DNA of 64,000 nucleotides from the NCBI GenBank assembly GCA_028702895.1, contig JAQVNZ010000002.1:9296-73295 (forward strand), read 5' to 3'. Positions 9,370-19,835 of this stretch are shown piece after piece (position 1 is the stretch's first letter; each line of letters begins with the position of its first letter). The stretch comes from Candidatus Iainarchaeum sp. Lineage in GTDB: Archaea > Iainarchaeota > Iainarchaeia > Iainarchaeales > JAAZKV01. The notes beneath the pieces are model-generated. The model saw only the letters and a program-made list of their open reading frames with translations. It searched no databases and was not told where the DNA came from. Made by a program: the position numbers and the translations under genes.

Positions 9370-9675
9370 CTATTCTTTTTTTTCTTCAACTTTTTTTGGT
9401 TTGTTTCTATTAATCATATATTTTCTTTCATTTTTTAATAAATCTTTTTCATTATCATAAATTCTTGCGTCAATAATATTTGTTATTGTTCCAAATTTAC
9501 TGGCAATTTTTTTAATTATTACGTTTTCTTCTTTAGCACTTAATTTTACTGCTAATTGTTTTCTTATTTCTTCTCTTGTAGGAATTATTTTTTCTTCAAT
9601 TTGGGCTTTTACTTCAAATCTATTTAATAATTCATTTTTATCATTTTTTAGTATTGTTATTTTCATTTTCCTCAC
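9370..9675 (-). CDS. rps24e: Ribosomal protein S24e
   Basis: MRKMKITILKNDKNELLNRFEVKAQIEEKIIPTREEIRKQLAVKL matches the S24e consensus. Located in the conserved rpoE-spt4-S24e-S27ae operon. Confidence 0.85.
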   Translation of the reverse strand: MRKMKITILKNDKNELLNRFEVKAQIEEKIIPTREEIRKQLAVKLSAKEENVIIKKIASKFGTITNIIDARIYDNEKDLLKNERKYMINRNKPKKVEEKKE

Positions 9676-9866
9676 CTGCTTAATCTTAACGCGAATTTTC
9701 CTGTTCTAGTTATATTCATTTTTTTTGCAATTTCAGAATTTTCTGCATTTAATATTACTACATAGCCTCTCCAAAATGTTGTGAAATTACTACCTTCACA
9801 ATTTGGACACTTGTCTCCTTCTTCTATTAGGAATCTACAATCCCTACAAGCTTTTTCTTTTACCAT
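9672..9866 (-). CDS. spt4: Transcription elongation factor Spt4 (RNA polymerase subunit E'')
   Basis: C..C...[..]CPNC zinc ribbon plus WRGYVVIL and IAKKMNI...GKFAL. Immediately downstream of rpoE. Confidence 0.8.
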   Translation of the reverse strand: MVKEKACRDCRFLIEEGDKCPNCEGSNFTTFWRGYVVILNAENSEIAKKMNITRTGKFALRLSR

Positions 9867-9881
9867 AATATCAATTCCAAT

Positions 9882-10514
9882 TTATTTTTTCTTCTCTTTT
9901 TTTTCAGATTTTTTTTGAACTGGTTTTTCTTGTACTTCTTTTTTCTCATTTTTTTTATCTTGTTTAGCTGCTATTGCTATCCAATCATTTTTTCCTAAAC
10001 CAATTTGTCTCATAGTTAAACCTATTTTTGAATTTGATGTATCGTCTTTCATTGAAATTGTAACAATTTTTGCTAGAACATCATCTTCTTGAACAATTTT
10101 TTTATCAGTTTTTTTACCTACAAATCCAGGTAATTTTGCATCATAATTAATAAAATCATCCATTATTTGACTAACGTGAATTAATCCTTCAATTGGGCCA
10201 ATTCTTACAAATGCTCCAAATTCAGTAGCTTCTGTTATTGTTCCTCTAACTATTTCATGCATTGTTGGTTTGTAAGTTAACATTTCTATTTCTGTTTCAT
10301 AATACGCTGAACCGTCACCAGGTATTACGTGTCCGTCTCCAATCTTGTCTATTCCTGTAACTGCAATAATTACTCCAATATTATTTTCAATTCTTCCTTC
10401 GTAATCTTCTTTACAAACTTCTAAGATTGATTCTTTTATTTTTACTCCAAGTTTTTTTGGAGGAACTCTCACTTTTTCTTTAACCTTAGTTTTATAGAAC
10501 ATTTGACTCACCAC
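9882..10514 (-). CDS. rpoE: DNA-directed RNA polymerase subunit E' (Rpo7) with S1 domain
   Basis: MFYKTKVKEKVRVPP... N-terminal domain and an S1 domain (EIVRGTITEATEFGAFVRIGPIEGLIHVSQIMDD). Has a K-rich C-terminal tail. Confidence 0.85.
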   Translation of the reverse strand: MVSQMFYKTKVKEKVRVPPKKLGVKIKESILEVCKEDYEGRIENNIGVIIAVTGIDKIGDGHVIPGDGSAYYETEIEMLTYKPTMHEIVRGTITEATEFGAFVRIGPIEGLIHVSQIMDDFINYDAKLPGFVGKKTDKKIVQEDDVLAKIVTISMKDDTSNSKIGLTMRQIGLGKNDWIAIAAKQDKKNEKKEVQEKPVQKKSEKKEKKK

Positions 10515-10578
10515 AATTTAATATATTTAATTTAAAGCTTTATAAAAATAATTTCTTAGATTAAATTTATAAACCCAA

Positions 10579-10965
10579 TTAATAGCAAATTTCCTCCATT
10601 TCTACTTTTGTTAAATTTTTTATGTATATTGTTTTTCCGCCTTTTGTATTAATTTTTTTTCTTAACTCTTTATCGTTTGTAGCAATTATATATTCATTGC
10701 TTTTTTCTAGTAATTCTTGGTCTACATTATTTGTTTTTGATTCTAATAAAATTATTTTTTCGTTTTCAATAACCTTTTTTATTATTGCGAATTCTCGTTT
10801 TATTTTTTTATCTTTTGATAATCCTTTCAACTCGTTAATTACTCCTTCTGTAGTATAAATTGTTGCGTTAATCGTTTCTTTTATTTCTTCTATTGCGTGT
10901 ATTTTATATCTTATCATTGTAAGAAAGAAATTGGTGTCAATCATTATTTTATATGACTTCACCAT
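10579..10965 (-). CDS. PIN-domain protein (conserved partner in the aIF2gamma-rpoE operon)
   Basis: IMIDTNFFL (catalytic Asp) and IIATNDKELRKK PIN motifs. Conserved position between aIF2gamma and rpoE. Confidence 0.7.
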   Translation of the reverse strand: MVKSYKIMIDTNFFLTMIRYKIHAIEEIKETINATIYTTEGVINELKGLSKDKKIKREFAIIKKVIENEKIILLESKTNNVDQELLEKSNEYIIATNDKELRKKINTKGGKTIYIKNLTKVEMEEICY

Positions 10966-12298
10966 ATGCGATTAACCTCCATTGATTATTAATATTTTTA
11001 CTTATAGCTATTTTTTCATTGATTTCAAGTATTTCTTCATTTTTTAAATTTATTTCAAGTTCATCTTTTTTTATGGATTTAATAAAACCAACACTGGTAT
11101 TAGTTCCGATTGTTAGTACTAATGGATCATTAATTTTTAATTCTGCATTTTTTGGATCAAAATTAATCATTCTTTCAAATAAAGTCATTTTAATTTTCAT
11201 TTGATTTGTTGGTTTTGGTAGTGAATCAATTTTTGCTAATATTTTTCCGCGTAATTGATCATTTTGTGCTATGCTTGGATCAAGATCTGTTCCGATTGCA
11301 ATCAATCCTCCGGCATGTGCCTCATTGAGTAATCCTTTATTAGTTGATATGGATAATACTTTTATTTTTGTTTTTCCATCTATTCCTGGGCATAATTCTA
11401 ATTCATCGCCTATTTTTACTATTCCTTGGGATATGCTTCCGCCTAGTATTGCACCTTTTATTTTTTTAATTTCTGTTCCTGGTTTGTTAATATCAAAACT
11501 TCTTGCAACAAACATTTTTAGTGGTTTTTTTAAATCTAAGTTTGGTGATGGTATTGTTTCTTCAATTGCTTCTATTAGTAAATCAATATTTGCGCCAAAA
11601 CTAGCGGATGTTGGTATTATTTTTGCATTTTCAAAACCATAGTCTTTTAAAAATTTTTTTATTTTTTTATAATTTTCAATTACTTTTTCTTTGGTTACTA
11701 AATCAATTTTATTTTGTGCTACAACAATATTTTGTACACCTGCAAATTTTAAGGCCATTAAATGTTCAATTGTTCTTGGTTGAGGGCATTCTTCGTTTGC
11801 GGCTACTACTAATATTGCTCCGTTCATTAACGCTGCTCCGCTTAGCATTGTAGTCATTAGTGTTTCGTGTCCTGGTGCGTCAACAATACTAATTGTTCTT
11901 TGGCTTATTATTTCGCCTTCTTCTTTATTAGAATATTTTATTCCATTTGGAGTTTTTATTTTATAAAATGTTGTGTCCGCGTAACCTAGTCTTATTGATA
12001 TTCCTCTTTTTAGTTCTTCGCTGTGCATATCAGTCCATGATCCGGTTAGTGCTTTAGTTAATGATGTTTTTCCATGATCTACGTGGCCAATCATTCCAAT
12101 ATTTATTTGTGGTTGTGTTGATTCTTTTTTTAAATTATCTTTTTTAATAGTGTCTGTTTTTTTAATAATGTCTTTTTTTGTTGTGTTTGTTTTAATATTT
12201 TCTTTTTTTATTGTCGTTGATTTATTAGTAGTATCTTTTTTTATAATTTCTTTTTTTGGTTTAATAGTTTTTTTCACAACTTTTATTTCTTTTTTCAT
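10949..12298 (-). CDS. eif2g: Translation initiation factor aIF2 gamma subunit
   Basis: [43 protein letters not shown] is the GTP-binding and zinc-knuckle region of aIF2gamma. Preceded by a ~65-aa Lys-rich low-complexity N-terminal extension. Confidence 0.9.
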   Translation of the reverse strand: MKKEIKVVKKTIKPKKEIIKKDTTNKSTTIKKENIKTNTTKKDIIKKTDTIKKDNLKKESTQPQINIGMIGHVDHGKTSLTKALTGSWTDMHSEELKRGISIRLGYADTTFYKIKTPNGIKYSNKEEGEIISQRTISIVDAPGHETLMTTMLSGAALMNGAILVVAANEECPQPRTIEHLMALKFAGVQNIVVAQNKIDLVTKEKVIENYKKIKKFLKDYGFENAKIIPTSASFGANIDLLIEAIEETIPSPNLDLKKPLKMFVARSFDINKPGTEIKKIKGAILGGSISQGIVKIGDELELCPGIDGKTKIKVLSISTNKGLLNEAHAGGLIAIGTDLDPSIAQNDQLRGKILAKIDSLPKPTNQMKIKMTLFERMINFDPKNAELKINDPLVLTIGTNTSVGFIKSIKKDELEINLKNEEILEINEKIAISKNINNQWRLIAYGEVI

Positions 12299-12378
12299 TT
12301 TATCATCTCAACTTGTTATAAAAATAAAAAGGAGTTAATTAGTTAAACTCCTTTGTTTGTTTTAATTTTTTTATTATT

Positions 12379-12861
12379 TTAATGTCTTCCTTTTTTTGTT
12401 GGTGCGTCTCCGATTGCTCCACTTTGAGCTAGTTCTTTGCTCTTTAGTAATGCTTTTTCTTTTGCACTCATTTCTTCTTCTGCACTAACAGGTATTTCTT
12501 TTCCAAATATTTCTGCAAGTTTTTTTGTTCCATCTTTAGTTATTTTTAGATTTACTTGTGCGGTTACTTCGCTTATTGTGTTTCCTCTTACAGATACTCT
12601 TTTTCTTTGTCCTTTTATTTTTGACTTAGATTTAAAGCCCAGCCCTTTGGCAGTAAGTATTTTTTTTCTTCCCGGTCCTTGTACTGAATTATTCATTGGA
12701 AACCCATCTTTATCGCTTCCGCCGGTAATTACTGCTTCAAAGCCAGTTAAACCTATATTTTCCAACTTGATTGTTTCACCAATTTTTTTCCCGATGAATT
12801 GATCTTCGTCAGAACTTGTACTATATGCCTTTCCAGACTTTGTGCTTATTACGAACTTCAT
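12379..12861 (-). CDS. rps6e: Ribosomal protein S6e
   Basis: GFPMNNSVQGPGRKKILTAKGLGFKSKSKIKGQRKRVSVRG matches the S6e signature. Confidence 0.85.
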   Translation of the reverse strand: MKFVISTKSGKAYSTSSDEDQFIGKKIGETIKLENIGLTGFEAVITGGSDKDGFPMNNSVQGPGRKKILTAKGLGFKSKSKIKGQRKRVSVRGNTISEVTAQVNLKITKDGTKKLAEIFGKEIPVSAEEEMSAKEKALLKSKELAQSGAIGDAPTKKGRH

Positions 12862-12997
12862 TTTTAATCCCCCTAAATTTAATTATTTTAATTTTAAATA
12901 TCCTATTTTTTGTGTCTTTATTTAATTTTTATCACTTAATTATTTTTTGTTTTAACTTTCGTTGTTTATTATTTTTCTGTTTGCTTGCATTTTTAAA

Positions 12998-14734
12998 TTA
13001 ATTTTCATTCTTTAATTTTATTTCTTCTAATAATTTTATTTCATCTTTACTAAATTCAGATAAATATTTGTTTAATTCACAATATTGTTTTGTGGGTATG
13101 CAAGAATATAATATGTCGCCTTCAAACAAATTTTTACCAATGCTTCCATTATCAATTGCTATTGCTGCTTCTTCTCCTTTTTTAAGTTCTTTTATTTTTT
13201 CTCCTTCGCTTTGAATACCTGTAACTTTTCCAATTATTTCACCGTTTTTATTTATTACTTTCCAACCTTCTTTTAAAATTCCTTCTTCTATTTTTACTCC
13301 AACTATTGCTGGTTTATTATTTCTAAAAACTTTTCCTTTTAAAACATTTATTTTTACTGGTAATACTAAACAAGAAAAATCTTGTTCTTTTTGTATTTTT
13401 TTACTTTTGTTAACCCATTCTATATATTCTTCAATTATTTTGTAAATCACTTTTTGATTAAATATTGGTATGTCTCGAAGTTGTGCTTCTTTTTGGGCTT
13501 CATTATCAATAATAACATTAAATCCAATTACTACTCCTAAAAATGGTTCTTCGCAAGCAATTGATGCTGCTTCCATAATATCTTTTCTATTAATATTTCC
13601 AATTTCTGCTTTTTTTATCATAATTTTTTCTTTTTTAAATAATTCAATTAATGCTTCAAGCGAACCAATAGCATCAGCTTTGATTATTATTCCCGTGTTG
13701 TCTGTAGTAATAAAACTTTTTTTTATTTCATTTTCTAATTCTTTTAAATCACTTTCTTCTTTGATTACTATTAGTGTTGATCCCACTAATACTTCGTTAA
13801 GGTTTGGTGCAGAAATTTTTACTCCTGATGCAGCAAACGCTTCTTTTACTACTAAAAATTTTTCTTTTGTATCAATAATTTCTTGCATGGGTTTTGTTTG
13901 TAATAATGATCTTATTTTCGTTCTTATTATTCCGTTTTTTCCTAAAACTGCTATTTCATCATTTACTTGTAATTTTCCTTCATATAATATTACATCAATT
14001 GTTTTCCCAAGGCCTTTTTCTTCTTTAGCTTCAAGTACTGTTGCTTTTCCTTTTTCATTAATATCTATTTCTAAATCTTTTTCTAAATATTTTTGGCTTA
14101 ATCCTGCGAGTAATGTTAGTATTTCTGGTAATCCTTCTTTAGTTTTTGCTGAGCATGGTACAATAGGTATTTGTTTTCCAAATTCGCATCTATCAAATCT
14201 TTCGCTTTGAAATCCTTGTTCAAAAATTTTTCCCACTAAAACATATAATTTTTCATCTAATAATCGTTTAGTATTTTCGTTTTGGTTTGAATGGTTTTTT
14301 AAAAAACTACCTTCTTTTGAATCATAAAATGGTAGCATATCAATTTTATTCATTGCTATTATGAATGGTACTTTGTTAAGTTTTAGAATATTTATTGCTT
14401 CTATTGTTTGTGGTTGTAATCCTTGCATTGCATCCACTACTAGTATTGCTAGATCCGCTATACTTCCTCCTCGTTTTCGTAGGTTTGTGAATGCTTCGTG
14501 TCCTGGAGTGTCTATTAATAATAATCCAGGTATTTTTAAATTAAATCCAAATTTTTTTATTAATTCTCCTGCAATTTTGTTTATAGATTCAATTGGTATT
14601 TCTGTTGCGCCAATATGCTGTGTTATAGCTCCCGCTTCTCTCCCTGCAACTCTAGTGGACCTTATTGCGTCAAGGATACTAGTTTTACCGTGATCAACGT
14701 GGCCTAACACAGTTATTATTGGCTGTCTAATCAT
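12998..14734 (-). CDS. infB: Translation initiation factor aIF5B (IF-2 homolog)
   Basis: [27 protein letters not shown]... G-domain, domains II-IV, 578 aa. Confidence 0.9.
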   Translation of the reverse strand: MIRQPIITVLGHVDHGKTSILDAIRSTRVAGREAGAITQHIGATEIPIESINKIAGELIKKFGFNLKIPGLLLIDTPGHEAFTNLRKRGGSIADLAILVVDAMQGLQPQTIEAINILKLNKVPFIIAMNKIDMLPFYDSKEGSFLKNHSNQNENTKRLLDEKLYVLVGKIFEQGFQSERFDRCEFGKQIPIVPCSAKTKEGLPEILTLLAGLSQKYLEKDLEIDINEKGKATVLEAKEEKGLGKTIDVILYEGKLQVNDEIAVLGKNGIIRTKIRSLLQTKPMQEIIDTKEKFLVVKEAFAASGVKISAPNLNEVLVGSTLIVIKEESDLKELENEIKKSFITTDNTGIIIKADAIGSLEALIELFKKEKIMIKKAEIGNINRKDIMEAASIACEEPFLGVVIGFNVIIDNEAQKEAQLRDIPIFNQKVIYKIIEEYIEWVNKSKKIQKEQDFSCLVLPVKINVLKGKVFRNNKPAIVGVKIEEGILKEGWKVINKNGEIIGKVTGIQSEGEKIKELKKGEEAAIAIDNGSIGKNLFEGDILYSCIPTKQYCELNKYLSEFSKDEIKLLEEIKLKNEN

Positions 14735-15276
14735 TCTATTTTCCTCTTTTCTTCTTTTGCTTTAGCGTATTGTTCTTGATCGCTTTTCCACTCAACATCG
14801 CTTGGGTGGTATTGTTCTTTTTCTGATCCACAATAAATCCAATTAAAATTTAGTTGATCATATTCGATTATTTCTTCTTCTTTGAAAAATCTTTGTATTT
14901 CTTTTTCTGCAATTTCATTTGTTTCTGATGCGTGAACAATATTTGTTTGTACACTCATTGCAAAATCTCCTCTTATTGTTCCAACATCTGCTTCTCTTGA
15001 GTTTGTTGATCCAACAAGGGTTCTTACTACTTGTACTGCGTCTTTTCCTTCTAATACTAATAGTATACAAGGAATGCTTGTCATATAATTCATTAATTCT
15101 TGATAGAATGGTTTACTTGATAAGTGGGAATAATGATCTTTTAATTGGTAAACTTTTAATCTTTCTAATTTTAAACCAATTATTTTTAGTCCCTTTCTTT
15201 CAAATCTTTGGATTACTTCTCCAATAAGACATCTATTCACTCCATCTGGTTTTATTATAACCAATGTTCTTCTCAT
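14731..15276 (-). CDS. ndk: Nucleoside diphosphate kinase
   Basis: RTLVIIKPDGVNRCLIGEVIQRFERKGLKIIGLK and the active-site region NIVHASE. Has a ~30-aa extra acidic/Lys-rich C-terminal tail. Confidence 0.85.
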   Translation of the reverse strand: MRRTLVIIKPDGVNRCLIGEVIQRFERKGLKIIGLKLERLKVYQLKDHYSHLSSKPFYQELMNYMTSIPCILLVLEGKDAVQVVRTLVGSTNSREADVGTIRGDFAMSVQTNIVHASETNEIAEKEIQRFFKEEEIIEYDQLNFNWIYCGSEKEQYHPSDVEWKSDQEQYAKAKEEKRKIE

Positions 15277-15318
15277 CTAATCAACCCTTATTATTTTATT
15301 TTTTTGTGAAATTTAATT

Positions 15319-15579
15319 CTATTTTTTAGATTTTTTTGTTGTTGTTTTGTTTTCGCTTGTTGTCTTGTTTTCTTTTATTGTTTTTGCTGATGCTAACAAT
15401 GTTTGTTTCATTTTATTGTAAGCGTTAGTCCATTTTGTTTTAATTGGTTTTCTTTTCATCATAATCGAATTTTTTTCACATTTATTTGTGCAAAAATAGC
15501 TTACGCTACCATCTTTTTTTGCATAAAGTTTTCCCTTTCCTTCTGGAATATCTTTTCCACAAAAGTTACATTTAACCAT
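15319..15579 (-). CDS. rpl24e: Ribosomal protein L24e
   Basis: MVKCNFCGKDIPEGKGKLYAKKDGSVSYFCTNKC zinc-binding N-terminus of L24e. Conserved L7Ae-S28e-L24e-ndk order. Confidence 0.85.
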   Translation of the reverse strand: MVKCNFCGKDIPEGKGKLYAKKDGSVSYFCTNKCEKNSIMMKRKPIKTKWTNAYNKMKQTLLASAKTIKENKTTSENKTTTKKSKK

Positions 15580-15600
15580 ATAGTCACCTCTTGTTAATTA

Positions 15601-15810
15601 TTATGCTTTAATCTCTTTTGCTTCTCTTTCAGTGTCTAATAGTAAAATAACATCGCCTTTTCGAATTATCCCTAAAGTGTTTCTTCTTTTTACTCGACCT
15701 TTTTCAGGGCCTTCTAGAATTCTACACAATATTTGGGTTATTTCACCATGAACGCCAGTTGATTTAACTATTTCAACTACTTCTGCGGGAGTTCCCATTT
15801 CGTTTGCCAT
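15601..15810 (-). CDS. rps28e: Ribosomal protein S28e
   Basis: [50 protein letters not shown] matches S28e almost position by position. Confidence 0.85.
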   Translation of the reverse strand: MANEMGTPAEVVEIVKSTGVHGEITQILCRILEGPEKGRVKRRNTLGIIRKGDVILLLDTEREAKEIKA

Positions 15811-15820
15811 TTCATTTCAC

Positions 15821-16180
15821 CTACTTTTTTAATTCTTCAATTTTTGCGCTTAAATCTTTTATTTCTTTTTCTGCTGAGCTTTCAATTATTGCTATTGCGC
15901 TTGTAGCCATTCTTAATCCAGCTTTTTCTCCAAGTTCTTTTTTTGTTTCCATATAAGAACATGTAATATTTTTTTCTTTACAAAGAATTGGTATATGCAT
16001 TATTATTTCTGCAGGAGTTACATCTTCTGCAATAACAATTAGTTTTGCTGTTCCTCTTTCAATTGCTTTTGTAACTTCGTTTAAACCTGCTTTTATTTTT
16101 CCTTTAGCAGATTTTTCAACTATTCTTTTTGTTTCTTCTTTTAATTCATTAGTTAATTGTACTTTAATATATTCCGCCAT
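15821..16180 (-). CDS. rpl7ae: Ribosomal protein L7Ae (K-turn binding); start refined to the internal ATG
   Basis: KAIERGTAKLIVIAEDVTPAEIIMHIPILCKEKNI matches the L7Ae core. The longest ORF extends to 16237, but GGAGGTG lies 6 nt upstream of the ATG at 16180..16178 (MAEYIKVQL...), giving the typical ~119 aa. Confidence 0.8.
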   Translation of the reverse strand: MAEYIKVQLTNELKEETKRIVEKSAKGKIKAGLNEVTKAIERGTAKLIVIAEDVTPAEIIMHIPILCKEKNITCSYMETKKELGEKAGLRMATSAIAIIESSAEKEIKDLSAKIEELKK

Positions 16181-16372
16181 TTTACACACCTCCACAATTG
16201 CATAATTACTAATCATCTGCGTATTATCACAATACATTTTGGCATTGTTTTATGATATTACTTTCATTTGATTATTAACTAGCATCCGTTTCATTGGCAG
16301 AAACTAGATTCTTACTTATTTTCCATCTAGAAAGCTTTAAAAACTTAGTTAGAAAAAGTATTATGTATAAAA

Positions 16373-18070
16373 CTATTCGTGTGCGAATATACAATAAGTT
16401 TCTTCACCATTTTTTTCTATTCTTGCATATCCTATACCATTAAATAAAATAATAGTATTCTCTTTTTCTTTTTTTATTAATGGGTTAGTAAAACCAATTA
16501 TTTCTTTTCCATCACTCATTAATATTTTAACATCAGTTTTTTCTTTTAACCAATTAATTGTTTTATACCCTGTTTTTTCATAACTAATAAAACTTGCTTT
16601 AATATTATACTCATTTTTTTCTTCTATTTTTACATTAAATCCTTCTTTAAATCTAATAATCTCGCCTACTTTAATATTCTTAAACTCTTTTTTATCAACT
16701 ATAAATTTTTGTATTGGACTATCTATTCTAATTTCTTGTCCATTAACATTAATTTTTCCTGATATACAATTATTTAATTCTATTTCTATTCCATCTTCTA
16801 TAAAAGGAAAATTTTTCGGTTCTCCAACAAATTTTTTATTAATTGCTCCAAAATTAACTAGATCAATTTTTGCATCATTAGTATTTAACCCAATATTAAG
16901 TATTACTTGTCTGATTGTTTCTGGTTTAAATCCACGTCTTCTAAAAGATTTTATTGTTGCTAATCTTGGATCATCATTTCTTTCTAATCCTTCTTTTTCC
17001 ATTAAAATTTTAATTTTACTCTTACTTAAAACCATGTCTCCTACTTTTGTTATTTTTCCATGATATAATGTTTTTGGGTGTTCCCAATTAAAATAATCGC
17101 ATAATTGTCTTTGTTTTTTCTCATTTTGAATATGTTCTTGTCCGCGTATAATAAAATTTATTTTCATTTCATGGTCATCTATTGGAGATGCTAAATTATA
17201 TGATGGCCAAACATGATATTTATGCGTTTTTTTATTAGGGTGTTTTGTAGGATCATCAACTATTTTTGCCATCCACCAATCTCTCATGCTAGGGTCTTTA
17301 TCGTTTAAATCTGTTTTTAATCGTACTACACAACTACCTTCTTTTAATTCATGTTTTAACATTTTTTTCCAATTTTTTATTTGTTCTCTAGCATTTTTGT
17401 TTCTACACTCACAGGGTTCACTATTCCAAATTTTTTCTCGCCATTCTTCTGATTTACAAAAACAAACATATGCTTTTTCTTCTGCGATTAATATTTCAAT
17501 TATTTTTAAATATTTTTCAATATTATCAGATTGTCTTTTTATTTCATGTGTTTTTATGCCTAACCATTCAAAATCATTTTGAAATTCTTGTTCAATTCCT
17601 TCTTCTGGTATTTTTATTTTTGGATCAGTATCATCAAATCTAAGAATATATTTTCCACCATATTTTTTTACATATTCGTCTAATAATATATATGGTCTAG
17701 CGTGTCCAAAATGCATTGGGCCAGTTGGACAAGGTGCTGCTCGCGTAATTATTTTTTCGCCTTTTTTTAACCAATTAAGCTCGGGTAGCGTTTTTTCTTT
17801 TTCAATATGTTTTAATTCCCAACCCGCATCATTAAAAAGATTATATTCATCTTCTAATTTTTTTTTATTTATTTTATTTACTTCTTTAACCACTTCTTTT
17901 ATTACTGGAATTATTTGGCCAATTATTGCTTGTGGAAAAATTGCTTTTACTTTTCCAACTACTGCTCCCATATCTGCTTTTTCATGTTCAAAACAATTTT
18001 TAATTGCATATTTGTAAGCAATCCTTTTTATGTCTGCTAAATTAGTTCCGGGTACAATTAATTTTTCCAT
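16373..18070 (-). CDS. gltX: Glutamyl-tRNA synthetase (archaeal/eukaryotic-type class I) with an N-terminal GatB/YqeY-like appended domain
   Basis: RAAPCPTGPMHFGHARPYILLDEYVKKYGGKYILRFDDTDPK (HIGH region of the Glx-RS family), with the KMSKS-region equivalent further on. The first ~100 aa (KADMGAVVGKVKAIFPQAIIGQIIPVIKEVV) resemble a GatB C-terminal/YqeY helical domain. Confidence 0.8.
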   Translation of the reverse strand: MEKLIVPGTNLADIKRIAYKYAIKNCFEHEKADMGAVVGKVKAIFPQAIIGQIIPVIKEVVKEVNKINKKKLEDEYNLFNDAGWELKHIEKEKTLPELNWLKKGEKIITRAAPCPTGPMHFGHARPYILLDEYVKKYGGKYILRFDDTDPKIKIPEEGIEQEFQNDFEWLGIKTHEIKRQSDNIEKYLKIIEILIAEEKAYVCFCKSEEWREKIWNSEPCECRNKNAREQIKNWKKMLKHELKEGSCVVRLKTDLNDKDPSMRDWWMAKIVDDPTKHPNKKTHKYHVWPSYNLASPIDDHEMKINFIIRGQEHIQNEKKQRQLCDYFNWEHPKTLYHGKITKVGDMVLSKSKIKILMEKEGLERNDDPRLATIKSFRRRGFKPETIRQVILNIGLNTNDAKIDLVNFGAINKKFVGEPKNFPFIEDGIEIELNNCISGKINVNGQEIRIDSPIQKFIVDKKEFKNIKVGEIIRFKEGFNVKIEEKNEYNIKASFISYEKTGYKTINWLKEKTDVKILMSDGKEIIGFTNPLIKKEKENTIILFNGIGYARIEKNGEETYCIFAHE

Positions 18071-18288
18071 TATTAATTATTAGTTAAATAAGGTTTAATA
18101 TTCTTTTAGTTTTCTTTTTTTTAATTTAAATAAGTTTTATTTTTAATAAAAGATAATTATTTTAAAATATTTTTTTTAGTTATATTAGTTTAGGTTTTAA
18201 GTAAGTGATATTATTTTTATAATTTGTTTTTTGATAAAATAATATTATTTAAAATAGTTTATTATTTTTAAAAAGTTATGATTATTTT

Positions 18289-19029
18289 TTAATATTTTTT
18301 TGCTTTGTCCCAATGTGTGTTAAAATAATATGTTAGTGCGTTTGCCATTGGAGCATTGTCATTTAGAATAGTAAAATGATAATCTGGTTTATCTTTTTTA
18401 AAATCGCTTATTGCTAGAATAACTTTTTTATCATCAATTATAAAAGCATTTAATCCGTGATTTAATTGTTTTACTTCTATAATGTCCTTTAATTTTTCTG
18501 ATGGGTTTGAATTAAGTAATTTTACTTTTACATTATGTTCTGTTGCAGATTTTAATGCGTCTTGTATTATTGTTTGATTATCAGTTATTTCAGTTAAGCC
18601 TTGTATGTTGTGTTTGGCTTTGGCTAATTCTTGGCCAAGTATTCTTTCAAAATCTTGTTTTTCTTTTACTTTCATTATTTTCTCGCCTTTTTCTTCGCCT
18701 TCAAAAGGGAGTACTAATTCTTGTTTAAATTTATCTACTTCGCTTTCAAGTGAATTTAATTGAGTTTTTTTTGTTTTTATTAATATATCTATTGTTTTTT
18801 CTGGTTCTATTGCTCTGTATATTTTTGGTCTTCCTTTTATCTCAATTAATAATCCTTTACTAATTAGTTTTTCTAAAACATCATACACTCTTGTCTTTGG
18901 AACTTGTGCTGCTCGCGAAATAGTTGGTGCTTGTGCTTCTTTAAGTTTAAATAGAGTACTTAGTGTTTTTGCTTCGTATTCTGTTAAACCAAGTTTTTCC
19001 AACAAGTAATGTGTATTAGAATTATTCAC
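18289..19029 (-). CDS. TrmB-family transcriptional regulator (winged HTH)
   Basis: LEKLGLTEYEAKTLSTLFKLKEAQAPTISRAAQVPKTRVYDVLEKLISKGLLIEIKGRPKIYRA is a TrmB-type N-terminal DNA-binding domain. Confidence 0.75.
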   Translation of the reverse strand: MNNSNTHYLLEKLGLTEYEAKTLSTLFKLKEAQAPTISRAAQVPKTRVYDVLEKLISKGLLIEIKGRPKIYRAIEPEKTIDILIKTKKTQLNSLESEVDKFKQELVLPFEGEEKGEKIMKVKEKQDFERILGQELAKAKHNIQGLTEITDNQTIIQDALKSATEHNVKVKLLNSNPSEKLKDIIEVKQLNHGLNAFIIDDKKVILAISDFKKDKPDYHFTILNDNAPMANALTYYFNTHWDKAKKY

Positions 19030-19098
19030 TTAAAGACCCCCTCATACCTAATTAAGTTGGAACAAGTATTTAAATTTACTTGTTACAGTTAATAAGAT

Positions 19099-19824
19099 TT
19101 AAAATCTTTTTCTAAATGTTCTTGGTCTTCGTGATTGATATGATGTTTTCTTTGGAGTGTCCTTGTCTGTTAATTGTTGTTCAAAGTCTTCTATGTTTAA
19201 ATTAAATGCTGTAGGTTCAATTTCTTTTCGCAAAACCAATAGTTCTTTTGTTAATAAATAAAATATTAATGCTATTGCTTTTCTTCCTTTGTTATTAGCA
19301 GGGATTATTAAATCAATATTTTTTAATGGTGATTCGCTTCCAGCTAATGCTATTATTGGTAAATGTGATTCGCTTGCTTCTTTCATTGCTTGTGCGTCGC
19401 TAATTGGATCACAAAGTAATACTATTTTTGGTTCATAAAATGATCTTGCTTGTGGGTTTGTTATTGTCCCTGGAATAAATCTTCCAATAAATGCTTTTGA
19501 ATTAGTTGCGCTTGCAAATTTTTTTGCTGGTGTTTGACCATATAATTTTCTACAAACAACTGCAATGTCTTTAGGATCATATTTTGCTAATTCTTTTGCA
19601 ACCATTTTTATTCGTTGATCAATAGTTTCAATATTAAATACCATTAACCCGTCTTTTCTCTTTTTAAAAATATATTTTCGCATTTCTCCACTTTTAAATT
19701 TTGTTCCAATATGAATACCGCTTTTTAAGTATGTTTCAATGTCGATGAGTAATTCTTTTCCTTTGTAGTCTTCTACATCATCATCGTCTCTTATTTTTTT
19801 AATTTTATCTTTTATTTCAACCAT
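19099..19824 (-). CDS. rps2: Ribosomal protein S2 (uS2)
   Basis: LLIDIETYLKSGIHIGTKFKSGEMRKYIFKKRKDGLMVFNIETIDQRIKMVA... is archaeal uS2. Has a C-terminal extension. Confidence 0.9.
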   Translation of the reverse strand: MVEIKDKIKKIRDDDDVEDYKGKELLIDIETYLKSGIHIGTKFKSGEMRKYIFKKRKDGLMVFNIETIDQRIKMVAKELAKYDPKDIAVVCRKLYGQTPAKKFASATNSKAFIGRFIPGTITNPQARSFYEPKIVLLCDPISDAQAMKEASESHLPIIALAGSESPLKNIDLIIPANNKGRKAIALIFYLLTKELLVLRKEIEPTAFNLNIEDFEQQLTDKDTPKKTSYQSRRPRTFRKRF

Positions 19825-19835
19825 ATTTTATCCCT

